Source: an uncultured virus (IMG/VR IMGVR_UViG_3300022753_001683)
Lineage: Duplodnaviria > Heunggongvirae > Uroviricota > Caudoviricetes
Direction: 5' to 3' (one strand)
IMG/VR virus record: IMGVR_UViG_3300022753_001683
Length of the DNA stretch: 56,690 nt
The notes beneath the pieces were generated by a model. That model did not search any database. It saw only the letters and a list, made by a program, of their open reading frames with translations, and was not told the DNA's origin. Below, one piece after another: positions 1-14,800 of the stretch (the stretch's first letter is position 1; the number at the start of each line of letters is the position of its first letter). The position numbers were made by a program, and so were the translations under genes.

Positions 1-2331
1 ACGCAATAAAATACTATTACCATATTGTAATGCTGCAGGCCAATTACCATAATTTAAATCATTATTCCAAACATAAGATAATTTCTTTACGCCACATTCG
101 TAAATTGGAATTGAGCGATATTGAATATATACAATACTTGGAATAGTTGCTTTTAAGCCATTCCAGCCTTCAAATAGATTTCGACTAAAAACACCAGATT
201 TAGTTTCATAAATTTTTTCTTTTGTAATAGGATCTAAGGCGTATGAACCATCTGCCTCTAACTTATATTCATCAATATCATAAGTATATAGTTCTTGTTT
301 TTCAGTTAGACCATATAATCCATATCCTACATAAGTCTGAGCATGAATATCTTGAATGGCTTCAAGATTATCTTCGTCTATATTTTCAACTGTTAAAATT
401 AAATATCCTTTTACCAAACTTAAAATATCTGGAGGATTAATATATCGTAATGGCGCGGTTGAATAAGTATCTAGTTCTAATTCATAAGTGCCAGTTTTAT
501 TAATGGCAAAATTATATTCTCCCCACTCAAAGCTCATACCATATGTGCTTGCTTTATTTATTGTATTTGTAGGATCTAAATCATAAATAAATTCAATCTT
601 GCGACATCCAGCACCTTCTGTTAAATCATATTCAGAAAATTCTTTTGAATTTTTCATTACTCTTGCAAGATCGCTTAAAGAAATTGTTTTTTTCATATCA
701 ATATGAACGATTTCGTCTTGAGCATTTAATAAAGAATAATTCGCAAGTGTACTAATATTAAATTTATCTACCTCTGATGCAGTACAAGAAAAGCTATGTA
801 ACATTCTACTTATGGTATCATTAGGAGTCAGACTAACGTTGGTTAATCGAACAATATAACTACCTTCTTGTGGAGATTTAAATAATTTAATCTTACCATT
901 ATTTAGCCATTCTAAAACGGCTAACTTAAATTTCCGCTCATAAGTGAAATTTTCGTCTGTAAGGGCAGTACCAGGTTCAATGAATGCACTGCGGATAAGA
1001 GTCTTATCTTCTTTAGTTCCAAACCATTCAAGGTCATCGCCAGTAAGAATCCAACTTTTATCAAGATCAGTTTTTTTCATAAATAATTGATCATTATCCA
1101 TATGATATGAAATTAAACCATTAATTGGAAACTCTTTATAATTTAAAATACCATTTCGTAAAATAAAAGGATATTGTCTACCAAGCGTAGTTTTTTTAGT
1201 TTCAGATAAAACTGACTTAAAAGAAGAAATTTTTGGATTAAAACGAATACGCAATTGTTTGTCACCATCATACAGAAAAGCATCTTCAAATACTGGAATT
1301 GTTAAATTAGCAGTAGATACTCTCTTAGAATAAATATTGCGTGAATTTACTTTTTGCAAAGAATACATATACTTTGCACCAGATTCAATAGCATAATCAA
1401 TATACTGATAACTACGAGTTTTTGATAATGCCATATTAATAGGAAGTTCTGCAATCGTTTCCCAAAGTCGATTTTCGCTCTAAAAGTCTTGTCTACAAAT
1501 AACAAAATTACCAATTAGAGGATATTCTTCTATTTTATTTTCTATTAAATATTTTGATTCAGGATAAATATGTAGAATTACACGAGCATTTTCATTATCT
1601 ACCTCTGTAGCTAAATATACATTTAATGTACTAATAGTGACTGTGGTTTGGGTAATTTCATAATTAACAGTATTTACTACTAATCCATTATTAGTAATAA
1701 TGCTGTACTATACTCGATAAATTTCGCCTTCTGTTAAATTAAATGTTAAAATACATTCATCTGAAGAAGCATCTAAATCGGTATCAGTTTGAGTATTATG
1801 AATTAACCATCCAGTATTTTGTAATTCTGCACCTTCACTATTAGAAAAAATAAAACGATATTGATATACTTTTTCTGATTCATCCTCATTCTGATAAGTG
1901 CCAATAAAAGATGTGTGTGAAATTGCAGTAATTGATTGCATATTTAAACCAGCAATTTCTACGATTGGCTTTGATGTATATTTTACAATAGCAACAGTAG
2001 AATAATATCCATCATTACCTGCTTGATCAACATATGCTAATTGAACTTTATAAAAATTACCTACAACAAGTTTTGCCACAATGTCCTCTGTCAAGTCATA
2101 AATTACAGAACGATTTTGGGCGTCATCTCCATATTTTTGAGAGAAAAGATTTGCAATAACAATATCTGTAGATGTTGTTTTTAAGCGAAGTCGCATTCCC
2201 TTAACTGCGGCGTTACTTACTGTAACATTCATAGAAAAAGGGACCTCTAATGAGGTCCCCGTGTTCGTAGTATAAAATGAGGGAATGGTGCCCGCTATAT
2301 TTGGTGGATATAAGCGGTTAATTGCGGCCAT
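1..2331 (-). CDS. Tail-associated structural protein (>=777 aa, runs off window), TAG-recoded
   Basis: ATG at 2331; the frame stays open to position 1 except for in-frame TAGs at 1708-1710 and 1480-1482. Lies downstream of the tape measure and large tail gene. Confidence 0.75.
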
Positions 2332-2333
2332 TC

Positions 2334-2720
2334 TTACTCCTCCTCAATAAGCATTTCCAAAGCAAGTAATTGTTTGGGGGTAAATTCCATATTTTCAATA
2401 AGTGCAAGAGGAATCTTACGAAGCTCAAGATCTGCAGTAAAATCATTTAGATCTTGACGAGCTTTACGACATTCTTCTTCCTTGCCTTCTTGAATAGCAA
2501 AAACGCCAGGAGCATTCTGAACAAATTCTTGCTTTTCAGCATCAAACTTCAAATATTCAAGAGCAAACTTGCGCTCTTGGTCAATATAAAACTCTTCTTC
2601 TTTCTTAAGCGCAGTAAGATTCTTTGCAATAATCATACCAAGCTTAAAAGGAACTTTAGAATCTTGAAGTTCTTCAAGACCTCGCATAAGAGTATCAATT
2701 TGAGTATAATTAAGTGTCAT
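2334..2720 (-). CDS. Hypothetical 128-aa protein, possible tail fibre chaperone
   Basis: AGGAG RBS, ATG..TAA, no TAG; small acidic helical protein between two tail genes. Function inferred from position only. Confidence 0.7.
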   Translation of the reverse strand: MTLNYTQIDTLMRGLEELQDSKVPFKLGMIIAKNLTALKKEEEFYIDQERKFALEYLKFDAEKQEFVQNAPGVFAIQEGKEEECRKARQDLNDFTADLELRKIPLALIENMEFTPKQLLALEMLIEEE

Positions 2721-2745
2721 AATCCTTTTTCTCCTTTATATATGA

Positions 2746-5700
2746 TTAATAGTAAGATTCCCATCCTGAAGAGGGAGTTGATTCCTAAGCAGGAAAGAAT
2801 GTACTAGCAGTATAACTTGATGGCGAATATGAATGAGAGGCTGGGGTATATGAATGTGATGAAGCTGTATAATTACAAGTTCCATCTGCATTTTTGCTAT
2901 GTGAAGAAGCTTTATAATAATGGCTTGCTGCCGTATAACTATGTGACTCTTGAGTATATGAAGAAGCAGTATATTGAGTGTCTGCTTCACATTGAGCAAA
3001 ACCCGCACTATAACCAGCTTTATATGCCGCCGCGATTTGGTCCATATGATATTTCGTGGCGGCAATATTAAAAGAATCGGATACTGTTGCCCCCGCGATA
3101 GTTAAAGAATAAACAATAGATCCGCCCTCTGCACTCATTGTAAAACCGCCCTCACCAAAAATTTCAGGCTCATCTGTTAAGTCAACCTATTTTCCTGCGA
3201 TTGTCAAAGAGCCAGTTAATTTTCCACTGCTTGTACCCATAGTCCAAGCCCCATCTTCAAAAATGGGTTGTCCAGCATCTTCTCCCATAGAAGTATCAGC
3301 ACCAACTGTACCAATCTATACGGAAGCTTTTAATTTACCTTCTGAAATTTCATAATTTAATACGTGTCCATGCTCCGCTAAAGCAAGAGCGGTACCTTCA
3401 CCGACAGTTGCGCCAGGAGTATTACCATTGCCGTTAAAACTCTCCTGCAACATTTTTCCATAAATACTCTATAATTCAATGGAAATAATCGCAGAGCCAT
3501 CTCCTCCAGCAGGGTCAACACGTAAATTTGCTTGACCAACAGCCTTAGCTAAAGCATTTTTAGCTTTCTTTAAAGCTTCAATTGCTTTATTCATTGCCGC
3601 AGCAGCTAAGTTGTTAGCAGCAACAATTTTTGGATAAACTTCTTCACAAAGAATTCTATTTACCCAAGCTTGAGTTGCAACCAATGAAGGAGTAGGTGTT
3701 CTTGATTCATTATTATCATCAAGCATAAAAATTACTCCTCCATAAATGGAGCCATCAACATCAAGATTTTTAGTAAATCTAGCAGATTCACCATAAATAT
3801 TCCACTAATAAAGATAACCTAAATCGGCTCCACGAGGAACAATTGTAACATTGCTGCCAATAGATTCTCCGCCAGAACCAAGATAGACATTAAATCCCAT
3901 ACCTTTAGCATCATGATACACAGCAAATAAACCCGCTCCACCAAGCTGTAAAGTTTCATCTGATTGCGCATCTGTTAATTCTACTGAAGTGTGGAATGTA
4001 CCAGTAAAATTAGTTAACCAAACCAAACCATCACTGTCTGGAGGAGTTACAATATCTGAGTCATCTTGAGAAAAATCTGGGAAACCACTTAAATCAAAAG
4101 GAATAATTGTTCCTTCTGCGGCATAATTATCATCTTTACTACCTTTTGTAAATTCAGTGGTTCGTTTATATTCTTCACCCATTTCATATGCACGTGGCAT
4201 AATGAAATTAGTATTTGTATCTTCTTTATAAGTCAAACCTTGTAAATGAATTGCTGCAAGATATAAATTACCTTCAACCAACTCTTCTGTTACTGCAATA
4301 TCTTCCGAAAGATCAGTAAAAACACCCTGACTTTCAGTCGAAATACCACAATAAATAGAAGCAGTTTCTCCATCAATTTGAACTTGACCTTTAGAGAAAT
4401 AAGCACTACCATTATTGCCACTGATAAAGCTTTTTGGAATTGGGAATGGATCTTCTCCTGTTGCTTTTTCTAAACCAAAACCAATATCACCTGTAGTAAA
4501 ATTGATTAACATATTATAATATGTTGGTTCAGCAATTAACTCAATACCTTCATCTTCAGTAGATAAACCCATCCAACCATATCGGCCACTAATAATCATT
4601 TTACCTTTCATAAAGGCAATAAATGAATCATGACCATTTAAGTTAATCCAGTCACCATTATGCTCGCCATCTCCTTGATCTCTAAAACCAGAAGGCATTC
4701 CATTTTCATCAGTAAAATCATCATAAAATTTACGATAACCTTGAGCTTGGCCTCCACCAAAATTTCTATCGGTTGCATAAATTTCATAATCATTAATATA
4801 CCAATTACCAATGGTTGCATATTTGGTGTATAGATAACCATCAGATCTAATACCTGTCTAAATAACATTATCTTCATTTGCAAAAGATGCAGTAAAGAAA
4901 TTCTCTGGAACAGGTAAAACTTCAGTGGTTCCATCTTTATATTCTTTGGTATAAGAAGTAACTTCTTCTCCATTTAAAGTATATGTAGGATTTGGAATAA
5001 AAGAACCATTTGACAAGTTCTTTTCTGGATTTCCTAAAAATATTCTACCAAAAATATTCTTCTATGTCAAGCCATAGTCACTAATAACCCATGGATAATC
5101 TTTACCGATACGACCATATCTAGCAAAAATACCACCAGTTGTAACTACGCCATAATTTGGGTCTACTAAGAAATAATCATGATCTTCATCATTCATAAAT
5201 TCATCTACCCATAGTAGTTCTTCATGATGACTCCAATCTTGCATCCAACTTAATGTTTTATCCGCCAATTCATCGCAAAATGTTGAAATACGTCTTGGTG
5301 TCTATGTATATAAGAAAAATTGTGAAATACTTTGATTACCAATAGCATCCCATGCTTGATTACTAATTACATAACCACCATTTTCATCTTCTGTCAGATA
5401 ATCCAATAAACGACGAGGATTTAAATTAATATAACAAGTCTAAGTTGAATTACTAATTAAAGCGTTTCGTCCATCAAAATGGATACGTCCTTCACCAGAT
5501 GGACCAATAAAACCAGTGCCATCAGTTTTAAATCCAAAAGACTGTTGTCCTGCATTGAATCCGTATAGGCCAGGAGTATCTAATGATTCATCGCCTTTTT
5601 CATGCCAGTCACCCATCATAACACCGGTAAAACGATTGCGCTGATCTTTTGTGCCTGCTGCAATCATTTTTGCAATAATCGCACTGTTCTCATAATCAAG

Positions 5701-8700
5701 AGATAGACTCTAACCATCCCACTCATTAACAAGAGAAGAAGGATAAAGGTTCTGCGCAAATGCGATACCCTGCGCGACTGTTGTGGTACCATCCATAAAA
5801 TATATATAAGTAAAATACTCATCTGTTAATAAATCTTCTGTCCATTGTTGTGCATAAGCCGAAGGATCTGCTACATGAGTATTTAATTGTTGCGCGGAAA
5901 AACCTAACGCATAAGAAGTTTGATTTGCTTTACTTACAGAAGTTCCATTTGGTAAAGTAAATACTGGATATTCAGCCTCTTTTTCAATTAAGCGTAATAC
6001 TTTTGTTTGATTGATCTACCATGTTGGATAAATCAATTCATTCATATAATCATATGTTTCGCCGGTTTCTTCAGAAGTATCAGATCCAGTAATAATTTTT
6101 TGTACTTCAAATACATTTGATGCATAAATTGGTGCTTGACCGTCAGATCTAAATTCTACACGATCTGGACACACAATATCATGCGTTTGCATATATTGAG
6201 CACTGTTACTTACTAAAATACCTTTTCGGACTGTAATATCATATTCTGCCGCACCAGATACCGTAACCTCAACAACAAAAGGATAAGGTTGTGTAATGCG
6301 GCCACGGATAACATTGCCAATAAAATCTTTATAATTTAGATGGTCTCTATCATCTTTTGGTTTATATGCAGTACCATAATATTTCCAAGTGAATTCGCAC
6401 TTTGCTCTTTCATCCAATGGTAATAATTGACCTTTACGATCATATACTAAACAGTAGATTTCAAATTCACTTGCGGTATCAACATAATAATTGCCAGCAG
6501 GTTCACTAATGGTAATAACAGGAGTATATTCACAACCAAAAGCTCCTGCTCGTCCAAAAATTAGTTCTTTCTTAATAGAAAAAGAACCCATACCATCAAT
6601 ATCAATTGTAGCACTAATTTCATTGTCATTATATCGCACATTATGAATAGCATCAATATAAAAATAGCGAGTTGCTTTTTTATCTAATTCAAATAAATGA
6701 TCTGAACGATGATTCCAATATGCAATATCTCGTGCGTTATCATCAAGCATTCCCCATGCTCTAATCATAGTAAAACTTTCTGGGAATTGCCAAGTAATAT
6801 TAAAATTCGGTTTATTACCATCTCGATCAGTGTACTCGCTTAAACGAACATAAGCGGCATCTTTGTCTGCATATACGTAATCTGAAGCAAGATTTCTACG
6901 ATCCTCTTCAACTTTGATCCAAGGTTCAATATAGTATTGCACATCTGAGAATAAAATATTATCATCATTAGCTAATACATTATTATTTTCATTATATACA
7001 AAGAAATTACCAACAGTGTCATCGGGAACAAGAGTTTCAGATTCTCTTGGCGCTAATCTATGAGTATCAGTTAAAAGTTCCATTTTACCTGTTGTAGTTG
7101 TAAAGAAATAACCTTTACCAGTAGGTAATTTTTCTGAACAGGAACCAACCAAGTTTCCACGAGAATCATATACGTCATAGCCAGATGGTTTCAATAACGC
7201 ACAACGTAATACAACTTTATCATTGCGCGCCAAATTGGCAATATCGCTCTCAATCGTTGTGTTATAATTCTAAAAAATAAATACATTACTTGTAGTATAT
7301 GTATTATTAAAATGAATTACAACCTTGTAGCGCTCTTTTGCTTTATTTATATCGGGAGTAACAACAAAATTAATTGGAGTATTTTCATCATATTCTACAT
7401 CAGCATCTGTTCCAATAGGGCGCCAATAATTACCACCGAAACGATGAGATGGAATTTCTGAATTATACTCGGGATGCTCTGGCGCCCATTCAGGATCATA
7501 TCTATACCAATATGTTTTTGCTTCTAATTCTTCTAATCTTGAATATGTATCAATTAGTTCAAGAGTGTTATCTACTTTATGAACCCATGCGGCATAAAGA
7601 GTACGATCAGGTTTACGCACTGCCTCATTCTCAGGGTCTGCGCCATATGTAACTACATCATATGTATATAATGTAATTGTTTCCTCTTGCATTTCCTCAA
7701 CAGAAAGTCCAAGCAAACAATGTAAATTATTAAAAATAATATTTTTTAACTCTGCACTTCGACCAGTGGCTTCTCCAAACTAAACATAGATTTCGTTAAT
7801 ACGAATCTTTTTTTCTTCTTCTGAAAGACTTGTATCATCTTCTACGGCTTTAATCTAAGCCATAAAATCTTCTTTAATAGTTTCTATGTCTTGAGATCCC
7901 CAAGGGATTGGATTACCATATTCATCAATAAATTTATGATCTTGCCAAAACCATACGTCAATACTATCAATAGAATTGGTAAATTTAGAGATGTCCACAA
8001 CGATTTGTTGTGTTGAGGCTAAAGTATAAGCATATGGATTACCGTACATATTATTGTTAGTAAAGTAATATTCTTGTGTTAAAGTTTCAATAGCACCAGA
8101 AGTTTTATCTTCAGTGCCTTGACCTCTTACACAAATACGTAATCCATATTCACCAGATTGAGGTCTAAAAGTATGTAGAAGTGTAGTAACATCAACTTCT
8201 AAACCCAATTTTGTGGCACAAATAGGACGTTTTTCAATGTTTTCCCAATGCCATACATGATCTTCGGATATTGGGAATGTTTCATTCGCAACATCCATAA
8301 TAAGCGTTTGTTCTTCTCCATGATAAGGACAATTAGCCCAATAACCAACTTCCTACATTGGCGTATTATATGATAAATTATATAATCCCACAAAATCATC
8401 AAAAGGAAGTTTGAGATTATATATGCTCTATTCATCTTCAGTATTAATTTTTAAACCAATAATAAATTTTTGAAGATTAAAATCACCATTTGGGATTTGT
8501 ACATAAACTTGCTGACCTGCACTATATACTTCTCCCTATTTAGCATAAGCATCAAAAACTGCGTCTTGGCTTTTTACTTTATAGACACCAGTGCGAGCAC
8601 CTTTATCATCAAGATAAACCTCAATGATTTTACACTCTTTGGTAATATCAAAATTTTGCTTTGATACGACTCCAGTTACAATTGTATAAATCGCATCAAA

Positions 8701-8739
8701 TAAATCGTTTTGCAAATTACCATTTTTCTATTCTGCCAT
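2746..8739 (-). CDS. Large tail/baseplate/receptor-binding protein (~1997 aa), TAG-recoded
   Basis: AAGGAG RBS, ATG at 8739. Track ORFs 7855-8298, 7270-7716, 6016-7233, 5440-5667, 5062-5268, 3805-4698, 3469-3726 and 2785-3138 share one frame and are separated only by TAG (18 counted). First TAA at 2746-2748. Directly follows the tape measure gene. Confidence 0.8.
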
Positions 8740-8822
8740 CCATGTTTCATCTCCTTTTACTCAAAACACTTCTATCTTTTTATAGAAAAATCGTGTGATA
8801 TATTAGCCGAAATAGACCAACC

Positions 8823-8852
8823 AAAAAGAAGGGGTCTCCGAAGAGACCCCTT
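8823..8852 (-). terminator. Intrinsic terminator after the tape measure gene
   Basis: Stem AAGGGGTCTC/GAGACCCCTT with a C(UUCG)G loop on the minus strand, followed by a U-tract. Confidence 0.8.
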
Positions 8853-8859
8853 ATATTTA

Positions 8860-11800
8860 TTAGCGTTTTGAACCAATGTACTGAGCCGCGCGATTAATAA
8901 GATTATCAAAAGCATCTTGGATTTCATTACTATCTTGTACGTTCGGGAATTCTGCGGTAATATGAACTTGTTGTTGCAATTCAGTTTCCTTGGTGGTTTG
9001 GGTAGTTTCTGCATGTAAATTATACATATTAGCTCTTGAAGCTGCGGTTGCCAAATTAATATATTCATCCATCATAGTTAATGTGGCTTGATCAAGTTTA
9101 TTTACTACTTTAACTGTATCAAGCAATTTTTGTGTATCATTTTGATTTAATACTAATTCCGGTCTACTCTTAGTGCCATCAACCCAAGCGGGGCCAGTAT
9201 AATCAGCGAGGCCACCAGTGGCATATTTCTTGCCAGTTTTATCTTTAATTAGATCACCAAGCTTATTGCCAACAATAGCTCCTGCTACGCTAGTGACACC
9301 AGATCCAATGATCGCACCAACTGTGCCACCAACTTTAGAACCTACGCCTCCACCAACAACTCCACCAACAACTGCGCCTAGAACGGCACCAATATTTAAT
9401 CCAGAAGATTTATCTTGTGTACCGGTTCCACCAGTGCCGCCAGTTTTACCACCTGTATCTCCAGTTTTATCATTGTTTTTAGTGGTGGTGGTATCTTTTT
9501 TGGTCGTAGTTGTAGTAGTTTTAGTGGTAGTTGTTGTAGTACTGCCAACACTCGCGCCGGCCAATTTTGCCTAGGCCTAAATAACTTTCTAAATTTCTAA
9601 ATACATTGATTCATAAGTACCAATAACACTATTTAATTTAGAAATATAATTATCCCAAGCTGTTGTAGTAGTATGAATTTGACTTACCTCTTGACGCAGT
9701 GAATCTGTCATTTTTACAGTTTCATTTTTTGCATCTTCTGTTACTTTATCATAAGTATTTACAGATTCGACCATACTACCATAACTAGTATTTGTTAATA
9801 TAGTTACTTCTGCAATTTTAGTTGCATAATCTGACATGGCCTGTTTAATACGATCATAAGCGGTTTCCATTTCATCTCGATAATTATCAGTATCATTAAT
9901 CATTTCACCAATAATTTCAGCAACAGTACCTTTTGTTCTATCTGTAATTTCTTCAACTGCAATACCATAATGATCAGCAATTAATTCATTGGTTGTCATT
10001 GTATTTTCACTAACAATATTATATTGCTCTTGTAAATAACGAGAGCGTTCATAATAATGATCTAAAATCTCATTGATTCTTTGTTGTTTTTGTTCTTCTG
10101 TTAAAGTTTCATCCATAGCAATTTCTTTAATAGCTTCAAGCGTGTCTTGGCGTAATTGTAAAGTTTGATTATAAATATCTTGTTCGTATTCCCAATTGGT
10201 ATCAGCCATTTGCTGAAGTACATCTTCATATTCTTGCTGGGCTTGATTAATAGCATCTTCATCAGCGGTATATTGATATACCATGTTGCCTTCGCTATCA
10301 CGAGTTAAGCGTACAGTACTCTTAGCGTTTTGAGCCTCTTCAAGAGCAATCTACTTAAGAAGAAGTTCATATTTAAGATTCATCATTTCAATTTCATATT
10401 CGCTTAATTCTTTTAATTCACTTTGAGCATTAATTTCATCTTGTAATGCTTTTAATTGCTTTTTATGTACACTAGAAGTTGTGTCGTTGATTGACTGTTG
10501 GATATTACGATTTAACTTACTAATTTCATATAGTTCACGCTGAGAAGAAACATATTGCTCCATTTCTTCCATGTAGAAACCATATTCCTCAGTGAGCCAA
10601 GCAAGATCATTACCCACACCAACCATTGATTCTTCAAGATCTTTCATAATATCTTCGATTGTAGTATCGTACATATCTTTTAAGGCTTGAAGAGTTTCTT
10701 CAGTCTTAGATAGAATATTTGCTTGTACTTCATTCATTGTCTCTTGCAATGCCTCATATTGAATTCGTTCTGTTTCAGTTAATCCTTCCGCAGAGTTCAT
10801 GCGCGCAAGATAATATTGCTCTTCTTCTTTAAGTACATTAAGATAGGACATTTGAGATTCAAGAGAAGCCATATTATAATCATATTGCTTTTCATAGAAG
10901 AATAACAAATCTTCAAATGTTTGTCCTTTACCCATAAGCTGAAGAATAGACATATAAGAGCCCATAGCTTCAGAAGCAGCATCAATTTTTGCAGTATGCT
11001 TGTCAAGTTCTTCACTAGCAAGTTCAAGAGTCTTACCATAAAGTTCTTCAATTGCTTTTTTAGCTTCTTGAATTGCCTCAAGATTATCAAGAATTTGAGA
11101 TTGAATATCCTGTAGACCTGCAACGTAATCAGCTTGATTAAGATCTCCCGCCGCGAATGCAGCTTCAAGTTCTTGACGAGCTGTGGCAAGATAACTTAAA
11201 TTCTATTCTGCGATTTGTCCTTGACGAATATAATTATCCATAAGAAGATCTTGTTTTTCAAGAACTTCATCATATTTATCATTAATATAATCAAGATAAT
11301 CTTTTTCAGCTTCATTAATTTCAACTTTGTATTCGACTTTATATTGAATCTTTTCAAGAGTCTTTTCAGAAATTTGATTCTGCAATTCAAGAATTTCATT
11401 TTGTTTGTCACCAATAAGGTTTAAAGTTTCTTGATATTGATCAATCCATTCCAAGGCTTCTTCAAACCATTCGTCCATTTGCTCTTTTTCTTCTTCCATA
11501 TTTTCTTGAGCAGAAGCATCAGCAGCGTTGTATTTATCAATAAATGCATTGTATTTAGCTAAAATAGAATCCATTAAAGCATCATAATTAGAAATATTCC
11601 CTTCGCCATCAAAAGTAGCACCAAGAGAAGCAACCCTCTATTTGTCAACTGCTAACCATTCTTGGGCCTATCTAATATACTCTTCTTGTAAGCCAATTTC
11701 TTGTTCAATTAAAGAAATTTCTGCTTCTAAATTTTTTAAATAAGATTCTCCATAAACACGCTTTTTAACTTTATCTACTTTTTCTAATGCATCCGCCATA

Positions 11801-14800
11801 CGCTCTAATGCATTATCTACTTGGAAATAGCGCTGTTTATGATCTTCTGGCTTCTTTTTATCAAGCTTCTTTGGCTTTCCGCCACCTCCGCCACCTCCAC
11901 CTCCGCCGCCACCACCGGTGATACCTCCACCATAGGTGCCTTTGTTAGTGATAGTTTTAATAGCAAAACCTTTAACCATACCATCAACAGGATTGGCATG
12001 AACACTTAAAGGAATATAAAAGTCTTGACCATTTTCACCATGGGCGATATAACTACCTGCTTTTGCAGACCACTCTGTTTGTTCCACTGGAAATTCTTTA
12101 GTTTCAACCTGCATATCCATTCCCAATGCCGCAGCCAAAGCTTGCATAATACTTGCTGCTTCATTCGCATTAGAGGCTAAACCAGAGACAAAACCAGCCA
12201 ATGAAGTTAAGTTATTCGCAACCACTTGACCCATTTCGCCTTCTCCTAACAATTCACTCCAATTAAGAGCTTTACCTTCTGGTAAACCATTAACTGCTGT
12301 TGATAAGGCTTCAAGCTCATCCGTCATAGATGAAATATCAGCATTACCTGTTAATTGATCTAAAATATGCTTAGAAGCTTTTTCTTGCAATCTATCGTAA
12401 GCTCCATCGACACCATCGGCAGCATCCTACAAATCTTTTAATACGTCATCTTGTAACATAAAGTCTTCTGTTAATGCTTCAATTCCCTTATCATCCAAAT
12501 CGAGAACATCACCATACATTTCTTTCATGTCATCAAGAGCTTTTTTATGTTCAACAGTGCCCTTCTATGCCTCTTTTAATGTTTTAGAATATGTTTTTAA
12601 ATTGGACTAAACAGATTTTAAACCCTTTTGAACTCTTGCATATGAAGCTGCCAATTTGATATTATCTTCTTCTGTTTCTCCATTAATTTCGCCTAATTCT
12701 TTTAGATATTCTGTATATTCTTTTAATTCTTCAACACTACCAAAACCAGCTTTAGTTGCCAAATCATCAAGGGAAGCTTCAAAATTATCCTCTCCAGTAC
12801 CAGTTGTAGCATCATCTTTAGCTTCTTGTGTCTCTTCTTTTACCCCTCCAATAATTTGATCAAATGCTGAAAGTACATCTAACCATTTCTATGGATCCCA
12901 TCCAAGAGCAGTTAAGTCTGCCATCGCCGATGCTTTATCTTGATCAGTAGTTGCAGAAGATAATCTTAATAACGCCTTTTGCTCTGCTTCAGAAAATTCT
13001 ATACCATAAGGAGAAAATTTTTCTGTGTTACCTGCAATAAGGCCCGCAATCGCAGCTTCTTGATCGGTATATTTATCATCTGTAAAATCACGAGTTTCTC
13101 CTTCTTTATTTGTCGTAGCAACTTCAATTGATTTTAAAATTGTATCAAAACCTGCCATAGCAACAGATTCCAAGTTCGCTGCCCAAGTTTCAGGATTAAC
13201 GCTATCACTTAATTCATATTCTCCCCAACGATTGGCTTCAAATTCACCTCTAGCTCTAATCTCAGCCCTTTTATAAGCTTCTGCATCAGAAATCTCTTCT
13301 CCGTTTGCTTTAGCTTTAGTTTTTTCCTATTCTGCATATGCAGCAATAACTTCTGCATATTCTTCTGCTGTTAATGCTTCACCTTCTCGGACTTTATCAG
13401 CAATATCTGTACGAGTTTTATAAATATTTGCTGCACCTGCCAAAGACATAAGTGCTTCCGCTGCGGCTTGAGCCGCAGTTGCAACTGCATTAATCGCAGT
13501 TTGCAGAGGTCCCTCTAAAGTAAATCCTGCAGCCTTTAATCGATCTTCAAAAGCTTGTACAGAAGCAGGATCTCCCCAATCAACACCAGAAAGAGCATTG
13601 GAAAATTCATCTAATCTTTCTACCGGAACTGCTTTTAACATTGCTTTCATTCGATCAATACCAATTTGTCCAGCAGAAGCTTCGGCATTGGCCAAAATAT
13701 TTGCCGCAGTCTCTTGATCTTCGGCAGTATCAAAAATGTAGTTATCACTAATCATTTCTTCATAAGCAGATTTAACTCTCTGAGAAAACTTACCATTAGC
13801 AATATCAAAAGTCTTAGCTCCATTATTTACCGCGGTAATAATGGCTGCATAAAATCCATCTACATCTTTAGCAATTGCTGCACCCTATTGCGTTAAACTA
13901 AGATTACCTTCTTCATCTTCGGTTAAATATCCTGCTTGAATACCCCAATTTTTCATTAAAGTGGTATCAGTTGGTAAAGCATATTTTCCGTCTTTTAAAG
14001 AAAGTCCCAGTCCCATCGCCAAAGTGTTTTTGTTTTCTGCCCATGCATTACGACCAACATCAAAATATCCTTCTGCTAAATTTGCCTAGGATAAAATATA
14101 AGCCGTTGCAGGATCTATACCTAATACTTTAGCAATTTGCTCCGGGTCTTGCTTAAAAGCTGCATCAATATAAATACCCTCTTGAGACCAATTTCTATTT
14201 GTATACCCTTCAACATCTTTGTATAATGCCGTTTCTACAGCAGCTAAAGCCTCAGAACCACCAGTTCCATCACTATCAAATAATGCAGAAACCAATTTCC
14301 AATTATCTGCATTCTATAGCCAATCTGTAGTTACTTCTGTCCCAAAAATTAAAGTTAAAATATCAGCTAAAGCTTTAAATTTTTCCAAATTTGCTTCAGT
14401 AATAGTGGAATCTGCCATATCTTGATTTAATGCAGTAAAATCTGACAACATACCAATTAAAGAATTAAATCCTTTGGCTCGATTTGATTTAATTACTGCA
14501 TCTTCATAAGCTTGCTATGTTGTAATTGCTGCATTAGAATTATATAATTTTAATTCTTCTAAGTCATAACCATTCGCACTAGCGATATTAGATAAAATTG
14601 AATCTCTTGCCCAAGCTGGGATGGTAGAAAAATCTGCTTTACCATCTTTCGTAAAACCTGCATTAATTAAATCTGTAAATGAAGTAACTGTTGCGTACCA
14701 ACTATTTAAATCTTCTGATGTAACCTATAAGGTATCTCGACTAGCCCATAAAGTTCCAATTCGACTATTAACATCCTATTTTTCTGTATCAGTAGATGAT

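Noticed and set aside
2746..3000. DGR variable region at the tail protein C-terminus
   Set aside because: No template repeat or reverse transcriptase in the window; the repeats are tandem peptide heptads.
11878..11920. GGN tandem repeat as a contingency locus
   Set aside because: It is an in-frame poly-Gly linker with mixed codons; slippage would not switch frame.
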